Positions 27,958 to 39,600 of a stretch of 64,000 nt of DNA are shown piece after piece (position 1 is the stretch's first letter; each line of letters begins with the position of its first letter). The DNA comes from Bacteroidetes bacterium GWF2_29_10. Its GTDB lineage: Bacteria; Bacteroidota; Bacteroidia; Bacteroidales; GWE2-29-8. Made by a program: the position numbers and the translations under genes. Under the pieces are notes generated by a model. That model saw only the letters and a program-made list of their open reading frames with translations, had not been told where the DNA came from and did not search any database. The stretch is from positions 175-64,174 of the forward strand of contig MEOD01000084.1 in assembly GCA_001768555.1 (NCBI GenBank), written 5' to 3'.

Positions 27958-29946
27958 CTATTTGTTTTGTAAAATTACCTTACGAGAAATATTATAATCA
28001 TTATTTGAAATATTGATTAAATACACACCTTCATTTTGAAAGTTATATTTAAAGGAAGATTTATCAGAAGTAGAACTTTTAACACAGCGTCCTTGCATAT
28101 CGTATATTGCTATCTTGCTATCTTTATCTAAGTTTGTTATTTCAATAAATTTTCCGTCATTTAATACTTTAATTTTATTTGTATTAATATCACTTAAACA
28201 ATTATTTGATAAAGCCCAATCCGTAATGTGAAGAATAAACCTATCTTTAGATGTCCCTCCATCAGCATTAAACGAATATATAGAATTGTTTAAATTAGTG
28301 AAAGTATTGGTTATCTTATCTTCAAGATAAATATATTTTGCATTGTTAATATTGTCTGTTGATTTAAGTTTAATTTCAAAAGAGCCACTTAGCTTTATAT
28401 CATATCCCAAATTAATTGAATAAGCATTCTGATTTGAAGGTAGTGATTGAATTGATAATTTCTCGTTATTTAATAAACTATAGAAAGATATATTTTCATT
28501 TCCTTGAAGTTTATAGCTATCATACAATCTATCAAAATTCTCCGTAGCATCATCAAGCATAGCAATTAAAAGTTCATTTTTTCTATTATCACTAGATGTC
28601 ATCTCTAGATATACTCTCTCTACGTATAACTCTTCTTCATTAGATTTAATAGGGACTCCTGCATTTACAACTTTCATAGTGTTTCTGAAAATTAAATTTC
28701 CAGAAACATTTGCTTTTACTATAAATCCTTGTCCAGAAGGAATATATGCATTAGGTGTATGTCCATTTCCGCCAACACTTCCTGCGCCATTCCATGTTGC
28801 ATAATCATTTGTTTTGTATCCTGTGCCACCTGAAATATCATCATCCCAGTAATATAAAGTTCCTGTAATTATAGAATTTGCTGCGTCTGTTATAAACAAT
28901 GTAGCGTTAACAGATGAAGGATATGGGTTTCCAATTATATTCCATCCATCTGTAAGCAAGCCTTTAGCTGAATTAGTTACAGGCACATTAATATTGCCTG
29001 TATTTAATGAGCCCACAAATTGAATTGTTTGAGGATTAACATTGTTTATTGAATATCCTCTACCTGGTAATAGTACAACAGAAGCTCCGTTGTTTATATA
29101 TTGCCATCCAGCACTGATGTCATTTAAATTATTAGGATTAGTTTCGTCATATATATAAGCTCTGTCTGGAAATGAATCGGTTACTGCTCCTGAAACTGGT
29201 GGTGAGACATAATGAAAAACTCCTAAATTAGAACTTTTTTTAGACGTGCCGCTAACATACTTTTCCACAATAACGTTATTTACATTTGCCCCGCCAATAG
29301 CTCCTGCAACAATAATTGATGCAACTCCTGACATGTCTGATTTTAACACTAAGTCTCCATCAATTGTTAATGTTCCGTAAACGTATAATGACTGACCAGC
29401 ATTAATTGCAAGTGATGCTCCTGGAAGAATTGTAAGATTATTACATTGCATAGCTCCAACTATTAATGGGTCATTAACTACAGAATTAATATAAACATTG
29501 GTATATCTTGTAGGAACAGTATTTTTTATCCAATTAGAAGTAGTATTCCAATTTCGGGAAGATGCTCCAGTCCAATCTCTAATACAACAAAAAGTAACCT
29601 GAGAGCCATAGGCAGTCCCATCTGTATTTGTTGCATAAGCTCTTACATAATAAGTTAAATTAGGTAAAAGACTTGATAAATCGTTAATGAATGAACCTGT
29701 CCCAGCTCCATTAACAGATACATTACTTGTTAAAGTTGGATTTGCAATTGTGTCCCAACATATTCCCCTTGCAGTTACTGCGCTTCCTCCTTCATCTGTA
29801 ACATTACCAGCAGTTCGAGCAGAGTTTATTGTAATAAGAGAAGGGTTCGTTGTTGTAACTGTAGCTAATTGGCAAAAAGAGTATAAAAATAAGGAATTAA
29901 ATATTAATATTAAATAACTAATTCTAAATTTATAATTGTTTCCCAT
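27958..29946 (-). CDS. T9SS type-A-sorted surface protein (FN3-like N-terminal domain)
   Basis: Signal peptide; GNVTDEGGSAVTARGICW...TYYVRAYATN; WNIIGNPYPS; CTD ending GVYLINISNNDYNISRKVIL. Confidence 0.85.
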   Translation of the reverse strand: MGNNYKFRISYLILIFNSLFLYSFCQLATVTTTNPSLITINSARTAGNVTDEGGSAVTARGICWDTIANPTLTSNVSVNGAGTGSFINDLSSLLPNLTYYVRAYATNTDGTAYGSQVTFCCIRDWTGASSRNWNTTSNWIKNTVPTRYTNVYINSVVNDPLIVGAMQCNNLTILPGASLAINAGQSLYVYGTLTIDGDLVLKSDMSGVASIIVAGAIGGANVNNVIVEKYVSGTSKKSSNLGVFHYVSPPVSGAVTDSFPDRAYIYDETNPNNLNDISAGWQYINNGASVVLLPGRGYSINNVNPQTIQFVGSLNTGNINVPVTNSAKGLLTDGWNIIGNPYPSSVNATLFITDAANSIITGTLYYWDDDISGGTGYKTNDYATWNGAGSVGGNGHTPNAYIPSGQGFIVKANVSGNLIFRNTMKVVNAGVPIKSNEEELYVERVYLEMTSSDNRKNELLIAMLDDATENFDRLYDSYKLQGNENISFYSLLNNEKLSIQSLPSNQNAYSINLGYDIKLSGSFEIKLKSTDNINNAKYIYLEDKITNTFTNLNNSIYSFNADGGTSKDRFILHITDWALSNNCLSDINTNKIKVLNDGKFIEITNLDKDSKIAIYDMQGRCVKSSTSDKSSFKYNFQNEGVYLINISNNDYNISRKVILQNK

Positions 29947-29952
29947 GTAGTA

Positions 29953-30414
29953 TTATTTTAGTTTGTTAGTATCTTTTTTTAAAACTTTTAATATTCTTAA
30001 ATTTTCATCACACAAATGTATTTCAACTTTATTATTATCGAAAACATTGTCTGACAATTCCACTGCAAAAATTCTAATAATATCTGTGTATATTTTATCC
30101 TTTTCAATGCCTTCTTTTATAATAAATTTAATTTGGTATGTGTTACTATCTTTATTTAAATAAACTTTTGTTGAACCATTATTTAAAGTATCATTTCTTT
30201 TAAATATCCCTTCACTAAGAAAATAATTTCCAAGCTTATCAGCTTCTTTTCCAGATATATTTTCTTTATAAAAAACTTTTCCATCTCCAAAAGATTTCTC
30301 TACGTATTTTTCATCATTAAAAAACGAGCAACCTATTATATTTAAAACAATAATAAGAAAACTTATGTATATAAATAGCTTTTCTTGTATTTTACTAATA
30401 AAATTCATAAGCAA
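29953..30414 (-). CDS. Hypothetical (lipo)protein
   Basis: Hydrophobic N-terminus ending IIGC (possible lipobox). Confidence 0.65.
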   Translation of the reverse strand: MLMNFISKIQEKLFIYISFLIIVLNIIGCSFFNDEKYVEKSFGDGKVFYKENISGKEADKLGNYFLSEGIFKRNDTLNNGSTKVYLNKDSNTYQIKFIIKEGIEKDKIYTDIIRIFAVELSDNVFDNNKVEIHLCDENLRILKVLKKDTNKLK

Positions 30415-30574
30415 TGATATTAAAAAACAAATTTAATGTTTTATTTTAATTTAAGCACTAAATAATAAAAAAAATATTACATAAAGGTCTTTTGCATTCA
30501 CTTAAATGTATGATTATAACTCTACTGTAATTAGTTTCAGTTAAATATAATATTTTATAACGTTTTGTTTGGAT

Positions 30575-30615
30575 ATATCTGTAGAGGCGTTTTTTTACAA
30601 CGTCTCTACAGATAT
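30575..30615. repeat. GTAG-type REP-like palindrome, probably also terminator of the giant gene
   Basis: ATATCTGTAGAGGCGTT / AACGTCTCTACAGATAT (17-bp arms, one G-U pair), 3 nt after stop 30619; related copy at 63688-63720. Confidence 0.8.
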
Positions 30616-30618
30616 GGA

Positions 30619-33600
30619 TTAATTACCTTCAGGTGAACTTTGTTTAATTATCTTAAATGTTTCCGTTCCTATTCTAATAAACATTATTCCATTGCTAAAA
30701 TTAGATAGATTTAATAGGTGCTTGTTGTCATTTTTGTTAATTTCTTTTTCTAATAATATTGCACCTGTGTATGACATTACTGTTAGTTTTGCATCTGATT
30801 CCAATCCTATTGTCTCAATATTCACCTTGCCATCGTAAGAAGGGTTTGGATAAATATTAATGAAGAATTCGTAATTCGCAATTCGTAATTCGTAATTTCC
30901 TTCTGTTTCGTTTTTGCAATTTATGATGTTAACAATAACCTTGTCAGTGCCAGAGCAGGTGCCAGATTTAACTGTAACAGTATATGTTGTTGTTTGTGCA
31001 GGAACTACAGTAATAGATTGTTTTATTGAGCCACTACTCCAACGGAAAGAAGTAGGATTTTCGGCAAATGCTGTTAAAGTAATTTTATCCCCAGAGCATA
31101 TAGTAGTATCGTTTGTGCTTGTTACATTTAGGTCACTGCTAATAAATACTGTAACATTATCGGATGCAGAGCAACCATTTGCAGTGAATACTGTAACTAT
31201 GTATTGCGTTGTTATGATAGGGCTTACATTTATTGCCTGTGTGGAGAAGTTATTGCTCCATTCGTATTTTATACCTCCCATAGCAGATAGTTGGGCGTAT
31301 TGTCCTTTACATATTGTTTGGTCATTGCCTGCCGATGGGTTTATTGTAGTAACTACTGCAACGACCATATCTGTAATGGAGCATAATCCATTGCTAATAG
31401 TAACGAAGTAAGATGTAGTTTCTGTAGGTTTAATACTTATAAATGGAGTAACTTCGTTGTTATCCCATGAATATGAAGAGCCACCTGTTGCAACGATTAC
31501 AGAGGAGTCTCCATTGCATAAAAATACGTCTGCTCCAGCATTTCCGTAAGGAGTTTGGTTTACGGTTACGATTACCTGTGCGGTATTGCTACAGCCGTTA
31601 TTTGTAGTTCCAGTTACGGAGTATGTTGTCGTTACTAATGGTGCAAATATGACTTCGTTTTGCAGAGAACCAGCATCCCATTTGTAATTATCTGCTCCTG
31701 ATGCTACGAGATATGCGTTTTCCCCCGAACATATAGTTTGATTATTACTGGCATTTACAGTTGGAACATCGTTAACAAATATAACAATCTCGTCAGTTTC
31801 GCTAACTTCATTTATTGTAATAGTTAAGTAATATGTTGTGGTGCTTGTAGGGCTTACAGTTACATAGCTTGTTGTGTCATTAGTATTCCATAAATATTTT
31901 CCGTTTTGACTTGTAGAGAGTGTGATTGCTTGTCCTTTGCATATAGTTCTATCACCTCCAAGATTAAGTTTTATTGCTTCGGTTGTGAATGTTTGTATTT
32001 GTGTAAAGTCGGAATATATTGTTTGGTTGGCATCACAGAATGCTCTTATTTGCCATTCGTAAGTGGTATTAGGTTTTAGTTTGTGAATATCGTCACATAT
32101 ATTACAACCTATTTGTAAGTACGAATTTGCATTGTTTGCTTTTACAAAATATTTCCAAGTACTAGAATTTTGTTCTTTCCATCTAATCATAAGGTTAACA
32201 ATGTCTTGATTTGCAATCCATTGAAGTATAGCTGACGAAGATTTGATATTTAATGTGTTTAAATTATCTGGTATTTGGCAATTCCCTTTAGTTTTGAATT
32301 CTTTTAAATCTGTAAAATCTGAATAATAATTCCCATTGCAGAATTTACGTATTTGGTATTGATATTCTGTATTAGGAACCAAACCGTATATAGGAAAAGA
32401 ACTTTGATTGCCTTCTATGTAGAAATATTTATAAGTGTTATTATCGGCATCTTTTATTTTGTATCTTAGCAAATAACGTTCAGCTGTGTTATCTAAGGTC
32501 CAATTTAGTAATGCACTTCCTGATGAAATATTGTTTACGGTCAGATTAGTAGTTTTTTCGCAAAGAGAAGTTGTAGCTGTTGTAAAAGAATTCAAAGAAG
32601 TGAAACATGAATATGCTTGGTTGCTAACGATTGCTCTTATTTGCCATTCATATTGAGTATTTGAAACAAGATAATTAACAGCAACACTTGTGTTTGTTGA
32701 GCTTTGGTTTATATAATGCCAAGCTCCTAAAGGATTTCCTATTCTATATCTCAGCATATATTGAGTGACATTTGGTATAGCATTCCAATTAAGTGTAGCA
32801 GATATATTTGTAATGTTTGATGTGTATGTATTAGGAGTTTCTACATAAAGAGGAGAGCCAATATTTATTGTTTTAGAAACTGAAGCTCCTTCATTATCAT
32901 ATACGGTAACAGAATATGTCCCTCTTGATAAACCCAAAACTGTATCGTTAGTTGTTCCTTCTGACCAAGAATAAGAGTAAGGCAATATCCCATTAATTGC
33001 GACCACTATAGCTTGACCATCATTAGCTTCATAGCAACTTGCATTAGAAGTGTATATCTTATCTATTGACAGTGTTTTCTGATTAACAAGAACCACAACT
33101 TCATCGCTTGCTGAGCAGTTCCCATTGTTTACTGTTAGTTGATAGCTTGTTGTTGTGATAGGATTTACAATTATAGATTGAGTATATTGTGCAGTGCTCC
33201 AAGTATATGATTCAATTCCACCAGTAGCACTCAATAATACTGATTCTCCAGATGTTATTGTTTTATCTTCACCTGCATTTGCTGTAGGGAGTGGATTAAC
33301 GATAACTATTACAGAATCAACAGAAAGATAAGCACCATTAGTTCCTGTAACAAAATATTTAGTAGTTGTTGTAGGTGATACAGTAATAGTAGGCGTTGTA
33401 GCGCCTGTGTTCCAAACATAAGTATCTGCACCTGTAGCAGCAAGTGTAGCTGAAAACCCTTTGCAAATAGTTTGATCAGAACCGGCAGATACAGTTGCTA
33501 CAGATTGAACAAAGACAACAACTTCGTCACTTGCAGTACAACCATTATAATCATATAACCAAACGTGATAAGTTTCTGTTTGCGTTGGACCTACTTTAAT

Positions 33601-36600
33601 TGGATTAATAGTGTCACCTATATTCCATACATAAATTCCTCCACTTCCAGTAGGAGTCAAAATAACAGAATCTCCTAATGAAATAGTTTTATCTTCGCCA
33701 GCATTTACTGTTGGTAAACTATAAACCGCTACAATCACGGCATCACTAGCAGTACAACCGTTCTTAGTTATAGTTAAGTAATAAGTAGTCGTAACAGTTG
33801 GGCTTACATTAATAATCAAACCTGTAGCTCCATTGCTCCAAGCATAACTATCAGCTCCTGCATCCTCTGCTCGTAATGTTGCTATATCTCCAAAACAAAT
33901 AGCTGTGTCAAGACCAGCATTTGAAAAAGGTAAAGGTTTAACCATTACTATGACTTCATCACTTCCTGAGCAACCATTTAAACGACCTAATACTGTATAT
34001 TTCATGGTGTCATTAGGAGTTACAGTTATACTTGTTCCTGTCTGACCATCACTCCAATCATAAGTTGTGCCTACTAGGCTAGAACTTGCTGTTAATATGG
34101 TGCTTGTTCCTATGCATATTGATTTATCTAAACTTACATTTATTACTGGATTAAGATTTACTTTAACTACAATTGCATCACTTGCACTGCATCCACCTGA
34201 GTAAACAGTTACTGTATATATCGTTGTTTCTGTTGGTTTAACCCATTGGCTTAATGTTGTTATACCATTACTCCACTTAACACTGTCTAAAACCGTACCT
34301 ATGTAATTTAATTGTGTACTATCACCTACGCAAATTGTTTTGTCTGCTCCAGCATTTGCTGTTGGTAATGAACGAACTACTGCTACATTATTTAAAACCC
34401 CTATACAACCTAAACTATCTTCTACTTGTAAGCTTACTGCATAATTTCCTGCAGTTGGATAAGTATGTGTAAAGGTATCTTTTTGTAAACCTGTTGTTCC
34501 ATCTCCAAAGTTCCATCTCCATTTTAAAATACCAACACTTGGTTCAGCTGATTGACTAGAATATTCTTTAAAGCTTGTTGGAGTTCCTAAACAAACTGTA
34601 TCTAATCTAAAGCTAGATACTGGACTTCCATAGACAATTACTGTCTTTGTTATAGAATCTATACAACCATTATTATCTGTAGTTGTTAATATTATGTCAT
34701 AATAACCTGAACCATGGAATGTAAACGTTGGATTTAATAGGTTTGAACTACCTAAACCGTCAAAATTCCAATTACTTGTTGCAATAATAGTTCCTATTCC
34801 AACTGTACTTGTGTTTGTGAAAGTTGTCACAAATCCACTACATATAGTATTATATGTAAAGTTAGCAACAGGCATAGTATATAAACTCAATAAAACGCCA
34901 TCAGTCGCTGTACAACCATCCAATGTGCCTGTTATAGTATAACTTGATGTTACGTTAGGACTAACATATATAGTATCATTGGTAGCACTATTGCTCCATA
35001 AGTAATTACTTGCTCCACTTGCTACTAACATTACACTGTCTCCTAAACAAATACTCTTGTCAACTCCTGCATAAACATTTGGTAAACTATTTACAGTTAC
35101 AACTACTGAATCCTGATCACTACAACCATTTACTGTATTAGTTAATTTATAAACTGTTGTAGCCGTTGGATTAACTGATATATTATTATTATTTGAGCCA
35201 GTGCTCCATGTGAATGAGCCTGAACCTATAGCTCCTAAAGTAGCAGGAACTCCCATACAAATAGTTTTATCTACGCCTGCGTTTGCTACTGGGATAGGAT
35301 TTACTGTTACTATTACTGCATCACTATTAGTGCAACCTCCTAAATCTATCGTTACTTTATAAGTAGTATTTACTACTGGACCTACCTTGATGCTATTTGT
35401 TATATCTGCGGTACTCCATAAGTAAGAACCGCCTATAGTACCTGTTACACTTAAGATAGCACTATCGCCTAAACAAATACTCTTATCAACTCCTGCATCT
35501 ATAATAGGAAGACTATAAACATAAACTATTACTGCATCACTTGCAGTGCAACCGTCCTTAGTGACTGTTAAGCCGTATGTAGTAGTTACACTTAGACTAA
35601 CATTTGTGGCTAAGCCACTTACTCCATTACTCCAATCATAACTATCGGCTCCTACATTTTCTGCATATAATGTAGCTATTTTTCCACTACAAATTGCAGT
35701 GTCAATTCCTGCATTAGCAACAGGCAATGGTTTAACTATTACTATTACTTCATCACTAGCTGTGCAAGTATTTAATGTACCTACTACTGTATATGTTGTA
35801 GTGTCATTAGGGGTTACGGTTATGCTAGGACCTGTTTGACTTGTATTCCAGACATAAGATGAGCCTCCTGTAGCTGTAATTAAGGTTGATGTCCCAAAAC
35901 AAATACTTTTGTTTGTTCCAGCACTTATTGTTGGTAAAGGATTCACAGAAACAATAACAGTATCTTTTTCGGTAACTCCACCACTTGTTCCTGTAACTGT
36001 ATATGTAGTAGTAATATTAGGACTTACTGTTATCTTATTTGTTGTAGCTCCAGTGCTCCAGACGTAAGAGTCTGCTCCTGTAGCGGTAAGAGTAGCCGAA
36101 GACCCTTTGCAAATGGTTTGGTCAGAACCAGCAGATACATTTCCTACAGATTGAACAAACACTATTACCGCATCACTTGCCATACATGCATTACTATCCA
36201 CAACGGTAACATAATAAGTTGTAGTAACAGTAGGACTTACATTGATTGTTGGTATTATTGCTCCGTTGCTCCAAGCGTAGTTTTTTCCGCCTATAGCTGT
36301 AAGTGTTGTAGTGTCTCCTAATGAAATTGTTTTATCTACGCCAGCATTTACTGTTGGTAATGGACGAACTACTGCTAAACTATTTAAAACCCCTATACAT
36401 CCTATGCTGTCCTCTACTTGTAAGCTTACAGCAAAATTTTCTGCACTTTGATAAGTATGTGTAAAGGTATCTTTTTGTAAACCTGTTGTTCCATCTCCAA
36501 AGTTCCATCTCCATTTTAAAATACCAACACTTGGTTCGGCTGATTGACTAGAATATTCTTTAAAGCTTGTTGAAGTTCCTAAACAAACTGTATCTAATCT

Positions 36601-39600
36601 AAAGCTAGATACTGGACTTCCATAGACAATTACTGTTTTTATAGTGGAGTCTATACAGCCTTTGTTGTTTATCACCCTAACTTTTACATCATAATAACCT
36701 GAACCATGGAATGAAAACGTTGGATTTAATTTGTTTGAAAATCCTATCCCATCAAAATCCCAATAAATAAATATTAGGCTATCCCCTTCACTAATAATGC
36801 TTGTATTGGTAAATTGTGTGGCAAATCCACTACAAATAGTATCAAACGTAAAGTTCGCTATAGGGTTTGTATTAACATTTACGGTTACTTGGCTTGTGTT
36901 AGAGCAGGTTGTATCTGCACTGCAACGTACTGTTACGCTATAAGTAGTATTTGCTGTTGGAGTTAAGTCGTAAACATTTTGTGTGTTTGCACCATTACTC
37001 CATAAATACTGCCAAATGCCAGAGCAGTCTTCACCACCCGAAGGATTAGAAGTTAAAGCAATAGTATTCCCGCTACATATAGTTAATGATGTAGTTGTGT
37101 TATTTGCCTTAGCTGTTAATGTAGGAGGAGTGCAAGAGGCAGTTGTTGTTAGTGTAACCTCAGTGTATCCTAATTTGGCATAGCAAGCATCTGTTGGAGC
37201 TGCAAATGTACCATAATCAGTGTCATAAGGAATACACATTACCGTATATTTACAATCTGTACAAGTACCAAAATTAATCACAGCAGTTTGTGTTCCATTT
37301 CCGCTAATAATACCTGGGTTTCCAGCTGCTGGGGCATTCCAATACAATGTTGCTTCTCTTGCTGCATCTGCTCCTGTGCATAATGCACCTGCCGAATTAT
37401 ATCTTTTTCTTATAACCCATCTATATTTTGTTGCGCCTGCAGTTGCTGCTACAGTATAAGTATAGTCTGTACTTGGAGCCGGATTAGCTTCACCAATAGG
37501 AGTTGCTCCTGTTTTATCAGATATACTACAATCATCACAAAGCACTTTTATATTATCTATGTATTCTATGTATTCAGAACCTCTTGAGATTTTGATTTTT
37601 AAGTTAGCCTCTTTAGGTAATTGACAAGTTGCTCGCATCCATTTTCCTGTAGGGAAGTAATAGTTTACAGGCACCTTTATCCAAGTTATCGAATGATTAC
37701 CAAGATATCCCTCAGGCTTTCCTGTAGCATAATAAACTTCAGGGCAATGCATTCCGTCAGAATAATCCTCGTTATAAACAAAACTATATGCAGCACTTGA
37801 AGGATTTGGATACTTTACTAAAAAATCAAATCTTAATGTTGCGGTAGTAGCAGAGCAATTAGAAGTATTAAGCTCTTTAGTAATTATTTGTGCACCACCA
37901 GTATTATTGCAATATTCATAACCTGGAGCTAAAACGACTTTATAATCTGTAGCATTTCCTGAATGATCTAAGGTACTGCCAGCTCCACCAGTTGTTAGAT
38001 AGGCATACGTTTGTGAAGTGGATTTTAAAGAGTGGTAAGGCATTTTTACACCTGAGCTTTTTGCATTAGGATAAGTTTGTGTAACCGGAGCGTACCAATA
38101 TTGTTGAGTGAAGTTTTCGGTATAAGTCGCATTGCCGGAAATATCAGGAACGCTTACCATTGCGTTTGCTTCTACTATTTCAATATCATCCACAGTTATC
38201 CAGTTTGAAGCGGAAGCTTCAGGAAAATAAAGCAAAACACTAACTATTTGCCCTCCACATATTTCATTTGTTAATGTTAGATTTTGGTTTGTGCAACCAC
38301 TAGCAGAGGCAACGCTAGTATTTGGAGTGATAGTTCCCCATTCAATCCAACCGTTTTCATAATTATTTGTATTATTAAAAGAACATCCTCCTCCAATATT
38401 GTAAAATACTTTAATTTGTCCTGCTGATGCATTTTTCCTTCTTGAGCTGAAAGAAAGTTTGATTGATTTACCTTGAGGTACAGCAAATTCTTTTGTCATA
38501 GCATAAGCTTTTGTCGAATTTGTATATGAGATGTAATTTCCCATAGCACAGGAATAATTAGCTCCTGAATTTCTTGTAAGCCCTGAAATTGTACTAAAAT
38601 TATTTGAAGCGCTAGTAAAGTCTTCATACCAAAGTACATCTCTTACCGTTATTATAATCATATCAGAGTCAGTACACTCTCCATACTTTCCTGTAACGTA
38701 ATATATAGTATTTGTTGTAGGTGCTACATTTATATATTTGGTTGTATCTCCTGTACTCCATGAATAATTACTTACATCACCCGAAGCACTTAAACTTATT
38801 TGTTGTCCTTTGATTATTGTTTTGTCTTCCCCTGCATTAATCGAAGCTATTGAAACAATAACAGTATCTTTTTCGGTAATTCCACTACTTGTTCCTGTAA
38901 CATAATAAGTTGTTTTAACAGTAGGACTTACTGTTATCTTATCTGTTGTAGCTCCTGTGCTCCAGACGTAAGAGTCTGCACCTGTAGCAGTAAGAGTAGC
39001 AGAAGTTCCTTTGCAAATAGTTTGGTCATCGCCGGCGGATAATGATAAACTTAAATCAAACCAAACATCCCATCCAATATTTTCAGTAAGCCATAACATA
39101 TAATTAAATATAGAACTATTCCCACTCCAAGATTGTTCTATATGTTTATTTAATAAGGCATAATTCATTGATAATGATGAAGAATCATAGAAAATATCCT
39201 CATCGTCTTCATGAGACCATAAAGTTGCTGTAAAAGAATTCATATTTTGATATACATTTCCTTTAATTTCAGCGTATACAGATGATATATATATAGGGTC
39301 AGCAGATAAATATTCTTTAGGTATTCCTGATTTAAAGGTATAAGTTAATCCAACATATTTTCGAGAAGGGACTTTAAAATCCGTTTTTATCCCATAATAT
39401 TTTGTTAGGTAAGGAGAATAAAGATTATTTTCATCTAAAGTTACATCTGCTTCCGTTAAAGGTATTTTTATTACTTTATAACCATCTCCATATAATTTCC
39501 CCATCCCATTTGCAGCATAATTATCTTTTATCCATTGAGGCGCAGCATAATGTTTTTCAGGTAAACCTATGGTGTATAAATGAGCGAAACTATTGTTTTT

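Noticed and set aside
34458-36636. Near-identical repeats as a DGR template/variable pair
   Set aside because: No reverse transcriptase; the two mismatches are T/C on the coding strand rather than adenine-specific; both copies are inside one ORF
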